From positions 382 through 64,381 of the forward strand of contig DAINQP010000004.1 in the NCBI GenBank assembly GCA_036742665.1: a stretch of 64,000 nucleotides of DNA. The letters run 5' to 3'. Within the stretch, counting starts at the first letter, position 1. Every line of letters starts with the position of its first letter. Shown piece after piece: positions 17,415 to 26,094 of this stretch. The stretch comes from Vicinamibacterales bacterium (GTDB lineage: Bacteria; Acidobacteriota; Vicinamibacteria; Vicinamibacterales; UBA2999). The notes beneath the pieces were generated by a model. That model ran no database searches, was not told the DNA's origin, and saw nothing but the letters and a program-made list of their open reading frames with translations. The position numbers were made by a program, and so were the translations under genes.

Positions 17415-20400
17415 ATGACGTTGACGGTACGAGGCTCGGTGAGAGGCCTCATGGCAATGGTGATGGCGATGGTCGTCTCCGGCGCCATGCTGATCGCGCA
17501 GGCCGATGCGCGCTTTACGGGCACGGTGCTCGATCAATCGGGCGCGACGGTGGCCGGTGCGACGGTGGTCGTGAAAGATGAAAAAACCGGCCAGGAACGG
17601 GCGGTTCTCTCCAACGCCGAGGGGCGCTATCTCGTCACCAACCTGAAACCGTCGGTGTACACGCTGCGGGCGACCTTCAAGGATTTCGCGCCGCTCGAAT
17701 ACCCCGGCATGCAGCTCGTCGCGGCCCAGGAATTCAGCATCGACCTGGAGTTACGGCCGGCCGGTCTCGCCGAGACGGTGACCGTGCAGGCCAATGTCAG
17801 CGCCATCGACCTCAGCTCGGCGCGCAATGGCGTCAACGTCAGCGAGCGCGAAGTGCTGAACCTGCCCGTGAACGGCCGGCAGATGTCACAGCTGCTGTTG
17901 CAGGCTCCCGGATCGCAGAATGCCGGCACAGGCACGTGGCAGGACATCCGGTTCTCTGGCCGCGCGGTTGAACAGAACGTGATTCGCTACGATGGCATCG
18001 AAGGTTCGGCCATCATCGACTCGGCGCCCGGCAACGTGAACGGCGAAAACAATACGCCGTTCAAGCTGCAGGCGAGCCTTGAAAACGTCCAGGAGTTCCG
18101 CGTCGAATCGAATAACTACCCGGCCGAATACGGCACCGGCACCGGCGGCCAAGTCAGCGTCATCACCAAGTCGGGCAGCAACGCCTTCCATGGCGCCTTG
18201 TTCGAGTACTTCCGCGATGACAGCCTCGATGCCCCTAACTACTTTGACAAGCAACGCAACCCGGACGGCAGCGTGATCGCCGACCTCGGCAAGTCGAAGC
18301 TGAGGCAAAACCAGTTCGGCGGATCCTTTGGCGGCCCGATCGCTCGGAATCGCGCGTTCTTCTTCGGGAGCTATGAGGGCTACCGCCTCGACGCCGGGCT
18401 GAACTTCATCGAGGCCGTGCCGAGCGCCGCCGCGTGGGCGCGTGCCGTGCCGTCGATTGCGTCGCTCCAGTCCGGATTCGTCTCGCCCGGCGCCGTCATT
18501 CTCGCGGGCGCGTCCGCTAACCCGGACTTCGACATCGCGCAGCTCCAGACAACGCAGACGGTTCGCGAGGACGCCTTCAGCGCCCGTCTCGACGTGAAGC
18601 TGACTCAGAACTGGTCGAGCTACTACCGCTTCTTCCGCGATGACGCCGACAACAACGAGCCGCAGGGCGTCACCGGACGCCGGTTCAACGTGACTTCCAA
18701 GCCGACCAACTTCGTCGCCAATCTGCAGGGCCTCATGGGCACCACTACGACGAACGACCTGAAGTTCGGGTATAACGCCGCCAATTCCACGTCGCACGGC
18801 ATCGCGGGCACGCCGACCTTCCAGGGTATCGCCTTCAGCCTGAGCGGATCGGTGGCCAACAATGGCATCTCGGGTCAGGGCGCCACGTCCGGCATCGCCA
18901 GCCCGGGCGGCCTGGTGCGCGTGAACAGCGCCGGCAACGGCGAGTCGGCTCCCTACGAGCCCTACTCGCTGACGTTCGCCGACACGCTGAGCAGCGTCAG
19001 GGGCAATCACTATCTCAAGGTCGGCGGCGACCTGCGGATCATCCGCATGGCCACCGACCAGGTCGGCGGCATCACCTACACCTACCAGAACATCGGCAAC
19101 TTCCTGAACAACATCCCGCAGCAGATTCAATACTTCGGCGACCTCAGCGAGCCCAGCCCGTTCCACAACGGCGCCACGGGATTGAAGCACACCGCGCAGG
19201 AGTACTACGTCGGCTTCGCACAGGACGAGTGGAGAGTGTCGTCGAAGGTGACGTTCAACTACGGCCTGCGCTACGACTACTACACGCCGATGAAGGAGCG
19301 CGATAACCGGATCGTCAAGTTCAACATCGACAACGGTGCGCTCGATCCGGACACGACGCCGTTATTCAAGACGAAGAAGAACAGCGTCCAGCCCCGCGTC
19401 TCGTCGACCTACGCGATGTCGAACAAGACCGTGCTCCGCGGCGGGTTCGGCATCTTCGTCGGTCCGGGTCAGACGGAGGACCAGATCCAGCCGATCGAAG
19501 CCGAACGCATCAGCACCACCGCCACCAGCGGCGCGTTCCTCTTCTTCCCGGTTGACGAGAACGCGATTCGCGCAAACTTCACAAATAATCCGAACAACCG
19601 GTCGTATCAGCCGCGCGCCTACGCCAACGACTACACGCTGCCGGAGCGGGTCTACCAGTACACCGCATCCGTTCAGCAGGAACTGCCGGGTGCGACGACG
19701 GCGACGATCGCGTATGTCGGCAGCCAGGGTCGGAACCTGTTCCTTCGCAGCGTGGCGAATCGGATCGTCGGCGTGTTGCCGTCGGGCACGGCACTCCGCG
19801 AGTTTGACATCATCACGTGCGCGAACGGGGCCGTTCAGGACGGGCGCACGACGCCGAACACCACTTCGAACTTGTGCGCGGGGTCCACGGCGGCCAGCAA
19901 GCAATCGCCGTACGCCGAAGTCGACTACAAGACCAGCGGCGGCCACGACGGCTATAACGCGCTGCAAATCGCGCTGCAAAAGCGGTCGGTGAGGGGCCTG
20001 GCGCTGAACGGCCAGTACACGCTCGGCTACAGCAAGGGCAACACGGGTGGATCGAACGAGGCTGTCACCGCCGGCAACAATGCGCGGGCGATCGCGGAAT
20101 TCGACTACGACGACGGTTACAACAATTTCGACATCCGCCACACCTTCAACGTCAGCGCGCTCTACACGGTGCCAGGCCAGGGCGCGTGGGCGGGCGGCTG
20201 GGAGATTGGCGGCATCTTGAACGGACGCAGCGGCCTGCCGATTCCGGTGCTCGTCACCCGTCCTGACATCGTCTTTGTTGATGCCGCGGGGAACGTGTTC
20301 AACAACGCGGCGGCGGGTCTGACGGCGGTGGTCAACGTTCCGGGCGGCGGCGCCTCGCGCAGCACGCGCCGACCTGATCTGGTGCCGGGCGCGGATCCGT

Positions 20401-20801
20401 TCATCAAGGACGGCGGTCTGATCTTCCTGAACCCGGCGGCGTTCGCGACCCCGAAGCCGGGGACGTTCGGCAACCTCGAACGCAACTCGATTCACGGGCC
20501 GTGGTTTCGCCAGGTTGACCTGGTGGTGTCGAAGCGAATCCCAATGGGCGAGGGACGCAACCTGGAACTGCGGTCGGAGTTCTTCAACCTCTTCAACATC
20601 ACCAACTTCACCAACCCGGTCGGCACGTTACCGAACGCGCTGCCGAACGCCTCGCTGACCGAGGCGAACAAGGTGCAGCCCGGGCAGGCGTATACCACGG
20701 GTGCCGCCGGAACGTTCGGCCGGTACACCAGCACGGTCGGCCGCACCGTCGGTCTCGGGACGCCGCGTCAGATCCAGTTCGCGATGCGTCTCTCGTTCTA
20801 A
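17415..20801 (+). CDS. TonB-dependent outer-membrane receptor with an N-terminal carboxypeptidase-regulatory-like domain
   Basis: Signal peptide ...MLIAQA; VLDQSGATVAGATVVVKDEKTG...GRYLVTNLKPSVYTL; plug/barrel sequence; C-terminal ...QFAMRLSF. ATG at 17415 is preceded by GGAGGTG. Confidence 0.85.
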   Translation: MTLTVRGSVRGLMAMVMAMVVSGAMLIAQADARFTGTVLDQSGATVAGATVVVKDEKTGQERAVLSNAEGRYLVTNLKPSVYTLRATFKDFAPLEYPGMQLVAAQEFSIDLELRPAGLAETVTVQANVSAIDLSSARNGVNVSEREVLNLPVNGRQMSQLLLQAPGSQNAGTGTWQDIRFSGRAVEQNVIRYDGIEGSAIIDSAPGNVNGENNTPFKLQASLENVQEFRVESNNYPAEYGTGTGGQVSVITKSGSNAFHGALFEYFRDDSLDAPNYFDKQRNPDGSVIADLGKSKLRQNQFGGSFGGPIARNRAFFFGSYEGYRLDAGLNFIEAVPSAAAWARAVPSIASLQSGFVSPGAVILAGASANPDFDIAQLQTTQTVREDAFSARLDVKLTQNWSSYYRFFRDDADNNEPQGVTGRRFNVTSKPTNFVANLQGLMGTTTTNDLKFGYNAANSTSHGIAGTPTFQGIAFSLSGSVANNGISGQGATSGIASPGGLVRVNSAGNGESAPYEPYSLTFADTLSSVRGNHYLKVGGDLRIIRMATDQVGGITYTYQNIGNFLNNIPQQIQYFGDLSEPSPFHNGATGLKHTAQEYYVGFAQDEWRVSSKVTFNYGLRYDYYTPMKERDNRIVKFNIDNGALDPDTTPLFKTKKNSVQPRVSSTYAMSNKTVLRGGFGIFVGPGQTEDQIQPIEAERISTTATSGAFLFFPVDENAIRANFTNNPNNRSYQPRAYANDYTLPERVYQYTASVQQELPGATTATIAYVGSQGRNLFLRSVANRIVGVLPSGTALREFDIITCANGAVQDGRTTPNTTSNLCAGSTAASKQSPYAEVDYKTSGGHDGYNALQIALQKRSVRGLALNGQYTLGYSKGNTGGSNEAVTAGNNARAIAEFDYDDGYNNFDIRHTFNVSALYTVPGQGAWAGGWEIGGILNGRSGLPIPVLVTRPDIVFVDAAGNVFNNAAAGLTAVVNVPGGGASRSTRRPDLVPGADPFIKDGGLIFLNPAAFATPKPGTFGNLERNSIHGPWFRQVDLVVSKRIPMGEGRNLELRSEFFNLFNITNFTNPVGTLPNALPNASLTEANKVQPGQAYTTGAAGTFGRYTSTVGRTVGLGTPRQIQFAMRLSF

Positions 20802-20813
20802 AACGCACACGGT

Positions 20814-20841
20814 CCGGCCCTGGTGACGACACCAGGGCCGG
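20814..20841. terminator. Perfect 12-bp stem hairpin between the convergent TonB receptor and arsM genes
   Basis: CCGGCCCTGGTG acga CACCAGGGCCGG. No clear U-tract on either strand. Confidence 0.55.
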
Positions 20842-20856
20842 AACCCCACCGCCGAT

Positions 20857-21702
20857 TCAATTCCCGCAACACGTTGTCGCGCAGCATGACCGTGTCACAG
20901 CGGGCTTCGTGGCGCGAACGAACGCGCTCATGAACCTGCCGTCGATCTGCTCGACCACCTCGTCACTTTCGAAACCGCTGCCGGTCAGAAACTGCCGGGC
21001 GTCCTCAGCCCGATAAACGCGAGTGGGTTCGAGCTCTACGCCCTCGAATCCTGCAGTGGCCAGCTTGTCGCGGTAGCTGCCTTCTTCGAGCGCGCCGGCC
21101 ACACAGCCGACCCACAGTTCCATGCTCCGGCGCATTGCCTCCGGCACGTCGTCACCTCGAATGACCACGTCGGAGACTGCGAATCGTCCACCGGGCTTGA
21201 GCACGCGGAACGCTTCGGCGAGGACCTGGTCCTTATCGGCAGACAGATTGATCACGCAGTTGGAGATGACGACGTCGACGGAGTCGTCGGGCAGGGGAAT
21301 GTGCTCGATCTCGCCGCGCAGGAACTCGACGTTGGTCAGCCCGGACTTCGCCTGGTTCTCGCGCGCCAGCGCGAGCATCTCGTCGGTCATGTCGAGGCCG
21401 TAGGCCTTGCCGGTCGGGCCGACACGTCTGGCCGACAGCAGCACGTCGATGCCGCCGCCGGATCCAAGGTCGAGGACCACTTCCCCCGGCTTCAACTCGG
21501 CCAAGGCGGTGGGATTGCCACATCCGAGCGAGGCGAGCACCGCCTCGTGTGGCAACGCCGTCGTCTCGTCGGCGTCGTAGATATTCGACGTGATGGTGTC
21601 GCAACAGGACGAACTGCAGCCGCAGGTTGCCGAGCGGCCGGCCTTGGCTCGCCTGGCCGCCTCGCCGTATTTGCTTCGAACGATTTCCTTGATATCGGTC
21701 AC
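20857..21702 (-). CDS. arsM: Arsenite S-adenosylmethionine methyltransferase
   Basis: KYGEAA...CGCSSSCC...ASLGCGNP...[11 protein letters not shown]...[12 protein letters not shown] start preceded by AAGGAG. Confidence 0.85.
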   Translation of the reverse strand: MTDIKEIVRSKYGEAARRAKAGRSATCGCSSSCCDTITSNIYDADETTALPHEAVLASLGCGNPTALAELKPGEVVLDLGSGGGIDVLLSARRVGPTGKAYGLDMTDEMLALARENQAKSGLTNVEFLRGEIEHIPLPDDSVDVVISNCVINLSADKDQVLAEAFRVLKPGGRFAVSDVVIRGDDVPEAMRRSMELWVGCVAGALEEGSYRDKLATAGFEGVELEPTRVYRAEDARQFLTGSGFESDEVVEQIDGRFMSAFVRATKPAVTRSCCATTCCGN

Positions 21703-21715
21703 GACTCACTCCTTA

Positions 21716-21771
21716 TATATTCGCTTAGCCGAATATACGGCCGCCGTGGTATATTCGTCAAGGCGAATATA
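21716..21771. promoter_or_regulatory. Two identical 22-bp operators TATATTCG-N6-CGAATATA in the arsM/arsR divergent region (candidate ArsR sites with embedded -10 boxes)
   Basis: IR1 is at 21716-21737 and IR2 at 21750-21771, 34 bp start to start. The arm distal to each gene reads TATATT toward that gene. IR1 starts 2 nt from the arsM SD and IR2 ends inside the arsR SD (AGGAG). Confidence 0.6.
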
Positions 21772-21780
21772 GGAGAGCGG

Positions 21781-22161
21781 ATGGCGGCGGACCTCAAGGC
21801 TATCGCGTCGACATATAAAGCACTGGCGGATCCCACGCGGCTGCGCATTTTGGCGCTGCTCGTCGAGGGCGAGGTCTGCGTGTGCGAGATCCACGACACC
21901 CTTCGTTTGCCTCAGCCGACCGCTTCGCGACACCTTGCGTATCTGCGGCGCACGGGTCTGGTCGAGGCGCGGCGTGACGCGACCTGGATGCACTACCGCC
22001 TGGCCGATGTCGATCCGGTGGTGAAGGGGATCGTGCAGCACGCGGCTCACGCGATGTCGCACGTCAAAGATGCCACGCGCGATCGGCGGCGGTTCGAGAG
22101 CTGCTGCGGCCGAGCGCTGAGCGTCGTCAACGCGCCGCATGCGCCGTGCTGCGCGGGATGA
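21781..22161 (+). CDS. arsR: ArsR/SmtB-family As(III)-responsive repressor
   Basis: LADPTRLRILALLVEGEVCVCEIHDTL (CVC metalloid site) and QPTASRHLAYLRRTGLV. The upstream part of track ORF 21301-22161 is antisense to arsM. Confidence 0.85.
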   Translation: MAADLKAIASTYKALADPTRLRILALLVEGEVCVCEIHDTLRLPQPTASRHLAYLRRTGLVEARRDATWMHYRLADVDPVVKGIVQHAAHAMSHVKDATRDRRRFESCCGRALSVVNAPHAPCCAG

Positions 22162-22874
22162 CCGGGATGGATCAGCCGATCGACGCGGGTGCGGTCGTGG
22201 CAGAAGCGATGGGCACCTCGTTTCTGCTCGCGGCGGTGGTGGGGAGCGGCATCATGGGCGAGCGCCTCGCCGGCGGCAATGTCGCGATCGCGCTGTTGGC
22301 GAATTCTCTCGCCACTGGAGCGGCATTGACCGCGCTCATTCTGGCCTTCGGGCCAATCTCTGGCGCGCACTTCAACCCGGTCGTGACGATGGTGGAGGCC
22401 GTGCAGGGGCGGCTGTTGCCGAAGCAAGCAGTCAGCTACGTGCTTGCGCAGGTCCTGGGGGCGTTTACTGGCGTCATCGCCGCACAGGTCATGTTCTCGG
22501 AGCCGCTGTTGCTGGCGTCGACGCACGAACGCAGCGGCTTTGCGCAGATGTTCAGCGAGTTCGTGGCGACCTTCGGCCTCGTCACCGTCATCTTCACCGT
22601 CTCACGGAGCCGTGCATCTGCGGTTCCGTTCGCGGTCGCGGCGTACATCGTCGCCGCCTACTGGTTCACGTCGTCAACGTCGTTTGCCAATCCCGCGGTC
22701 ACGGTGGCTCGCGGGTTTACCAACACCTTTACTGGTATTCGTCCAGCCGACGTGCCCGTATTCCTAGTCGGCCAGGTTGGTGGCGCGGTCGCATCGATGG
22801 TGATGTGCCGATGGCTGGCTGGAGGCGTGGCCCGGGCGAAGGACGAGGTCGAGTCGCGAGTGCCGGTGCCATGA
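22146..22874 (+). CDS. aqpS: MIP-family aquaglyceroporin (AqpS-type arsenite channel)
   Basis: GAHFNPVVTM (first box is NPV rather than NPA) and SFANPAVTVAR (second NPA). Six hydrophobic helices. Overlaps the arsR end. Confidence 0.8.
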   Translation: MLRGMTGMDQPIDAGAVVAEAMGTSFLLAAVVGSGIMGERLAGGNVAIALLANSLATGAALTALILAFGPISGAHFNPVVTMVEAVQGRLLPKQAVSYVLAQVLGAFTGVIAAQVMFSEPLLLASTHERSGFAQMFSEFVATFGLVTVIFTVSRSRASAVPFAVAAYIVAAYWFTSSTSFANPAVTVARGFTNTFTGIRPADVPVFLVGQVGGAVASMVMCRWLAGGVARAKDEVESRVPVP

Positions 22875-23257
22875 AGTCGATCGTGTTCGCGTGTGTTCAC
22901 AATGCCGGTCGCTCACAAATGGCCGCGGCATTTCTCAATCAGCTAGCCAACGGCAAGGCACGCGCGGTGTCCGCCGGAACGGACCCGGGCACACGCGTGC
23001 ATCCGGAAGTGGTCCAGGCGATGAAGGAAGTGGGTGTCGACCTGGCTGTCGCCGTGCCGCAGAAACTCACGACCGAGTTGGCGTCCGATGCAGATCTGTT
23101 GATCACGATGGGCTGTGGCGACGAGTGCCCATACGTTCCTGGCGTCATGCGAGACGACTGGCCGCTCGACGATCCCAAGGGCCGAAGCCTCGATGACGTC
23201 CGCCGGATTCGCGACGACATCCGCCGCCGCGTCGTCGAATTACTGAACGGGGTCTGA
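22871..23257 (+). CDS. arsC: Arsenate reductase, low-molecular-weight PTPase type
   Basis: ATGA start/stop overlap with aqpS. IVFACVHNAGRSQMA (CX5R-S P-loop) and MGCGDECP. The stop codon TGA lies in the first unit of REP array A. Confidence 0.85.
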   Translation: MKSIVFACVHNAGRSQMAAAFLNQLANGKARAVSAGTDPGTRVHPEVVQAMKEVGVDLAVAVPQKLTTELASDADLLITMGCGDECPYVPGVMRDDWPLDDPKGRSLDDVRRIRDDIRRRVVELLNGV

Positions 23258-23285
23258 CCCGGGGTCAGACCCCGGGTCAGACCCC
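23249..23285. repeat. REP family a, array A: three tandem 12-nt palindromic units GGGGTC(T/A)GACCC
   Basis: ggggtctgaccc ggggtcagaccc cgggtcagaccc c. Reads as GSDP/GVRP in shadow ORFs. Confidence 0.85.
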
Positions 23286-23466
23286 AACGACAAGTGTCAA
23301 CGGCGGTTGTCGCGTCGACAATCACGCGACAGGTTTTCCTCACGAACTTCTTGGCTCGCCTATTGAAAGCTCGGGTTCGAGATTTCAACAGGCTTGTCAC
23401 GCGTGCGGTGTTCGAGGCGGCAGATCCTGCCAAAGTACCGACGTCGCGCCCATCGATGCCGAAATT

Positions 23467-23503
23467 GGGGTCAGACCCGGGGTCAGACCCCGGGTCTGAC
23501 CCC
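23467..23503. repeat. REP family a, array B (inverted relative to array A)
   Basis: ggggtcagaccc ggggtcagaccc cgggtctgaccc c. Contains the phoR-like stop codon (23483-23485). Confidence 0.85.
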
Positions 23504-25267
23504 GCCCTCACCTGGCAGGGTCACGGTGAAGACGGCGCCGCCGGTGACGGCATTCTCCGCGCGGGCATCGCCGCCGTGCAGCTCCACCAGATGCTTGACG
23601 ATCGCGAGACCGAGTCCGGTCCCGCCTGGCCGCGCCCGTGACTTGTCCACGCGATAGAACCGCTCGAATACCCGTCCGAGATCCTCTGGCGGAATCCCCG
23701 GCCCCGAATCGGCGACCGTGATCGTGTATTTCCCATTCAGACGCGACGCCGCCAGCGTGACATCCGCACCATCGGGCGAATAGTTGACCGCGTTCTCCAC
23801 CAGATTGCGAACGATGTCGTGCAGCTTGGCCGGATCGCCCTCGACCTGCGTCGCATCCTGCGCCACCTCGATCGCCACACGCTGGCCCTTCGCCTCGATC
23901 GACGGCGACAGATCGGCAATGACGCCGCTGAAGATCTGTCGCACGTCACAGCGCGTCATCTCCAGTGCCTCCTGACGGGCATCGAGCCGCGCCAGCCGCA
24001 GCAGATCTTTCACCAGCCGCTCCATTCGCGTGGTATGGCGCGCGATGATCTCGAGAAACTTCTGCGTGCCGTCAGCAACGCCTGCGCCACCGGCGCCCTC
24101 GTCGAGCAAGGCCTCGACGTAACCGCGAATCGCCGTCAACGGCGTGCGAAGCTCGTGCGACACGTTGGCGACGAAGTCGCGCCGGATCTGATCGGCGCGC
24201 CGCAGGTCGGTGATGTCGTGCAGCACGAGCACTGCGCCACCGCCGCCGCTGCCGGAAACAGACGCGGCACGCGCAAAAAACGTACGCCCCGGGTCGCGCG
24301 TCAGCGCCACCTCCAGGCTGCCCGCATCCTCACCGCTCAGCGCGCGGGTGAGCTGCGCCGCGATATCAGGGTGACGAATCACCTCGAGATACGAACGGCT
24401 CGTCGCCGACGGATCGACGCGCAGCATCTCCTGCGCCGCACGATTCACAAGCTGCAACCGTCCTTGCCGATCGACGAGGAGGACGCCTTCGACCATGCCG
24501 GCGAGAATCGCTCCCATCCGCGCGCGATCGCGGGAGAGCTCTTCGAGCCGCCCACCGAGTTCCTGCACGGACGTATCGAGCGCACGGGCGACCGTGCCGA
24601 GCTCGTCGTTGCCGTAGTCGTAGGTCGATCGCGAGAGATCGCCGGCTGAATACCGGTCGGCGACGCGGGCAATCGCTTGCACCCGTCGCGCGAGCGGCGC
24701 CGACAGGATCCACGACACGATGAGCGCCAGCGGAATCGCGACCGCCATCGCCGTCAACGCCGCGCGTCGAATGGCCGCGAGTTGTTCATCGATGTCAGTG
24801 AGCGGAAGAGCGAGACGCACATATCGCACCACCGGATGCGATGCACGAACGGCGACGTACAGCATGTCGGTATCCACAGTTGTGCTGTATCGCTGGCTGG
24901 TGCCGAGGCCTCGCTGGCGTGCGGCGACGACTTCCGGCCGTAACGCGTGATTCTCGAGCGAGTCGAGGGTCTCGGCAGGCTGCGTGGAATCGCCCACCAC
25001 ACGCCCGTCCTCGGCAACCAACGTGATGCGAGTGGAGACGAGCTGCCCGAGCCGATCGGCTTCGGCGTCGAGTGCCCGGCCATCGATGGCCGGCGCTTGT
25101 GACAGGAGTTCGGCGATGAGCCGCGCTTCATCGGCGAGCCGCTGCTCGAGCGCAGATCGCTGCTGGCTGCGAGCCTGCCACGACAGCAACGCGGCGAGCG
25201 CGACCAGCGATACTGCGGCCGCCACCACAGAGGCAACGAATACCTTGGTGCGAAAGCTGGTGCGCAT
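23483..25267 (-). CDS. phoR: PhoR-like sensor histidine kinase (TM-sensor-TM, HAMP, PAS, HisKA, HATPase)
   Basis: VSHELRTPLTAIRGY H-box; NLVENAVNY, DSGPGI and GGTGLGLAIV ATPase boxes. Last gene of the DUF47-pit-phoB operon. Confidence 0.75.
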   Translation of the reverse strand: MRTSFRTKVFVASVVAAAVSLVALAALLSWQARSQQRSALEQRLADEARLIAELLSQAPAIDGRALDAEADRLGQLVSTRITLVAEDGRVVGDSTQPAETLDSLENHALRPEVVAARQRGLGTSQRYSTTVDTDMLYVAVRASHPVVRYVRLALPLTDIDEQLAAIRRAALTAMAVAIPLALIVSWILSAPLARRVQAIARVADRYSAGDLSRSTYDYGNDELGTVARALDTSVQELGGRLEELSRDRARMGAILAGMVEGVLLVDRQGRLQLVNRAAQEMLRVDPSATSRSYLEVIRHPDIAAQLTRALSGEDAGSLEVALTRDPGRTFFARAASVSGSGGGGAVLVLHDITDLRRADQIRRDFVANVSHELRTPLTAIRGYVEALLDEGAGGAGVADGTQKFLEIIARHTTRMERLVKDLLRLARLDARQEALEMTRCDVRQIFSGVIADLSPSIEAKGQRVAIEVAQDATQVEGDPAKLHDIVRNLVENAVNYSPDGADVTLAASRLNGKYTITVADSGPGIPPEDLGRVFERFYRVDKSRARPGGTGLGLAIVKHLVELHGGDARAENAVTGGAVFTVTLPGEGGVRPGV

Positions 25268-25314
25268 ATCCGGGGCAGATCGTGATTCTTGCGCTCGAGG
25301 CGTTCACGCAAGAA

Positions 25315-26004
25315 TCAAGACATGACGCCATCTTCCACAAGCTTGTAACCGAACTGTTTCACGGTCACGAGCGCGTCAACCAGGAACGGTAATTTTTCAC
25401 GCAGCCGCCGGACGTGGACGTCCACGGTGCGTGTCCCTCCCGTATAACGGTAGCCCCAGACGTCACCGAGCAGCAGATCCCGCGAGAGGACACGTCCGCG
25501 ATGCTGCAGCAAGTACTGCAACAGCATGAACTCCTTGGCCGTCAGCTTCACCTCACGTCCCTCGTCCAGCACGGTATGCCGGCCCAGGTCCATGACCACT
25601 GGGCCGAACGCAAGCGTTGAGCCTTCCGGCTCCGTCCGCTTCGATCGGCGCATCAACGCGCGCACGCGCGCGACCAGCTCGTTGGGGCTGAACGGCTTCG
25701 AAATGTAATCGTCGGCGCCGATTTCGAGACCGATGATGCGGTCGCTCTCTTCGGCGCGCGCCGTGAGCATGATGATCGGAATCGCCGCAGTGTTCTTGTC
25801 CGCCCGCAGCGCACGACAGACTTCCAGGCCGCTCAAGCCTGGCAGCATGATGTCGAGGATGACGAGGTCGGCCGGGTTGCGGCGGGCGCTGGCCAGTGCC
25901 TCGTCCCCGGTTCCCGTGATGTGTGCGCGCCAACCGGCGCGCGAAAAGTAGTGGGCAATCAGATCGGCGATGTCGCGATCGTCCTCGGCGACGAGTATGT
26001 TCAC
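25315..26004 (-). CDS. phoB: PhoB-like OmpR-family response regulator
   Basis: MNILVAEDDRDI...DLVILDIMLPGLSG...GADDYISKPFSPNEL...TVDVHVRRLREKL. Confidence 0.8.
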   Translation of the reverse strand: MNILVAEDDRDIADLIAHYFSRAGWRAHITGTGDEALASARRNPADLVILDIMLPGLSGLEVCRALRADKNTAAIPIIMLTARAEESDRIIGLEIGADDYISKPFSPNELVARVRALMRRSKRTEPEGSTLAFGPVVMDLGRHTVLDEGREVKLTAKEFMLLQYLLQHRGRVLSRDLLLGDVWGYRYTGGTRTVDVHVRRLREKLPFLVDALVTVKQFGYKLVEDGVMS

Positions 26005-26094
26005 GTCGCCGTCATTATCCCATGCGGCTTACAACGTTCGCCGGCCGCTCCCGCCTTCGCCCCCGGCGCGACGCGGACACGTTGGTGGGACACG

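Noticed and set aside
17886-20495. 434-aa and 377-aa minus-strand ORFs antisense to the TonB-dependent receptor
   Set aside because: Low-complexity Arg/Ala/Val-rich translations. The sense frame carries plug/barrel features and a terminal Phe.
22139-22870. Long N-terminal extension of the arsC frame (372-aa ORF from 22139) and the extension of the arsR frame back to 21301
   Set aside because: The extensions overlap aqpS and arsM in other frames or strands and are Arg/Gly-rich. Internal ATGs with an SD or ATGA coupling (21781, 22871) give proteins of canonical length.
23363-23388. GGTTCGAG sequence resembling a tRNA T-loop in the arsC/phoR spacer
   Set aside because: The flanks cannot form a T-arm, acceptor stem or anticodon arm. 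It is the tetraloop region of a simple hairpin. No tRNA or tmRNA was found anywhere in the window by eye.
23249-23503. Could the short tandem GGGGTCWGACCC repeats be a CRISPR array?
   Set aside because: The units are 12 nt, directly abutting with no unique spacers, palindromic, and present as three-unit blocks at three loci. No cas genes are present. They are REP-type repeats.
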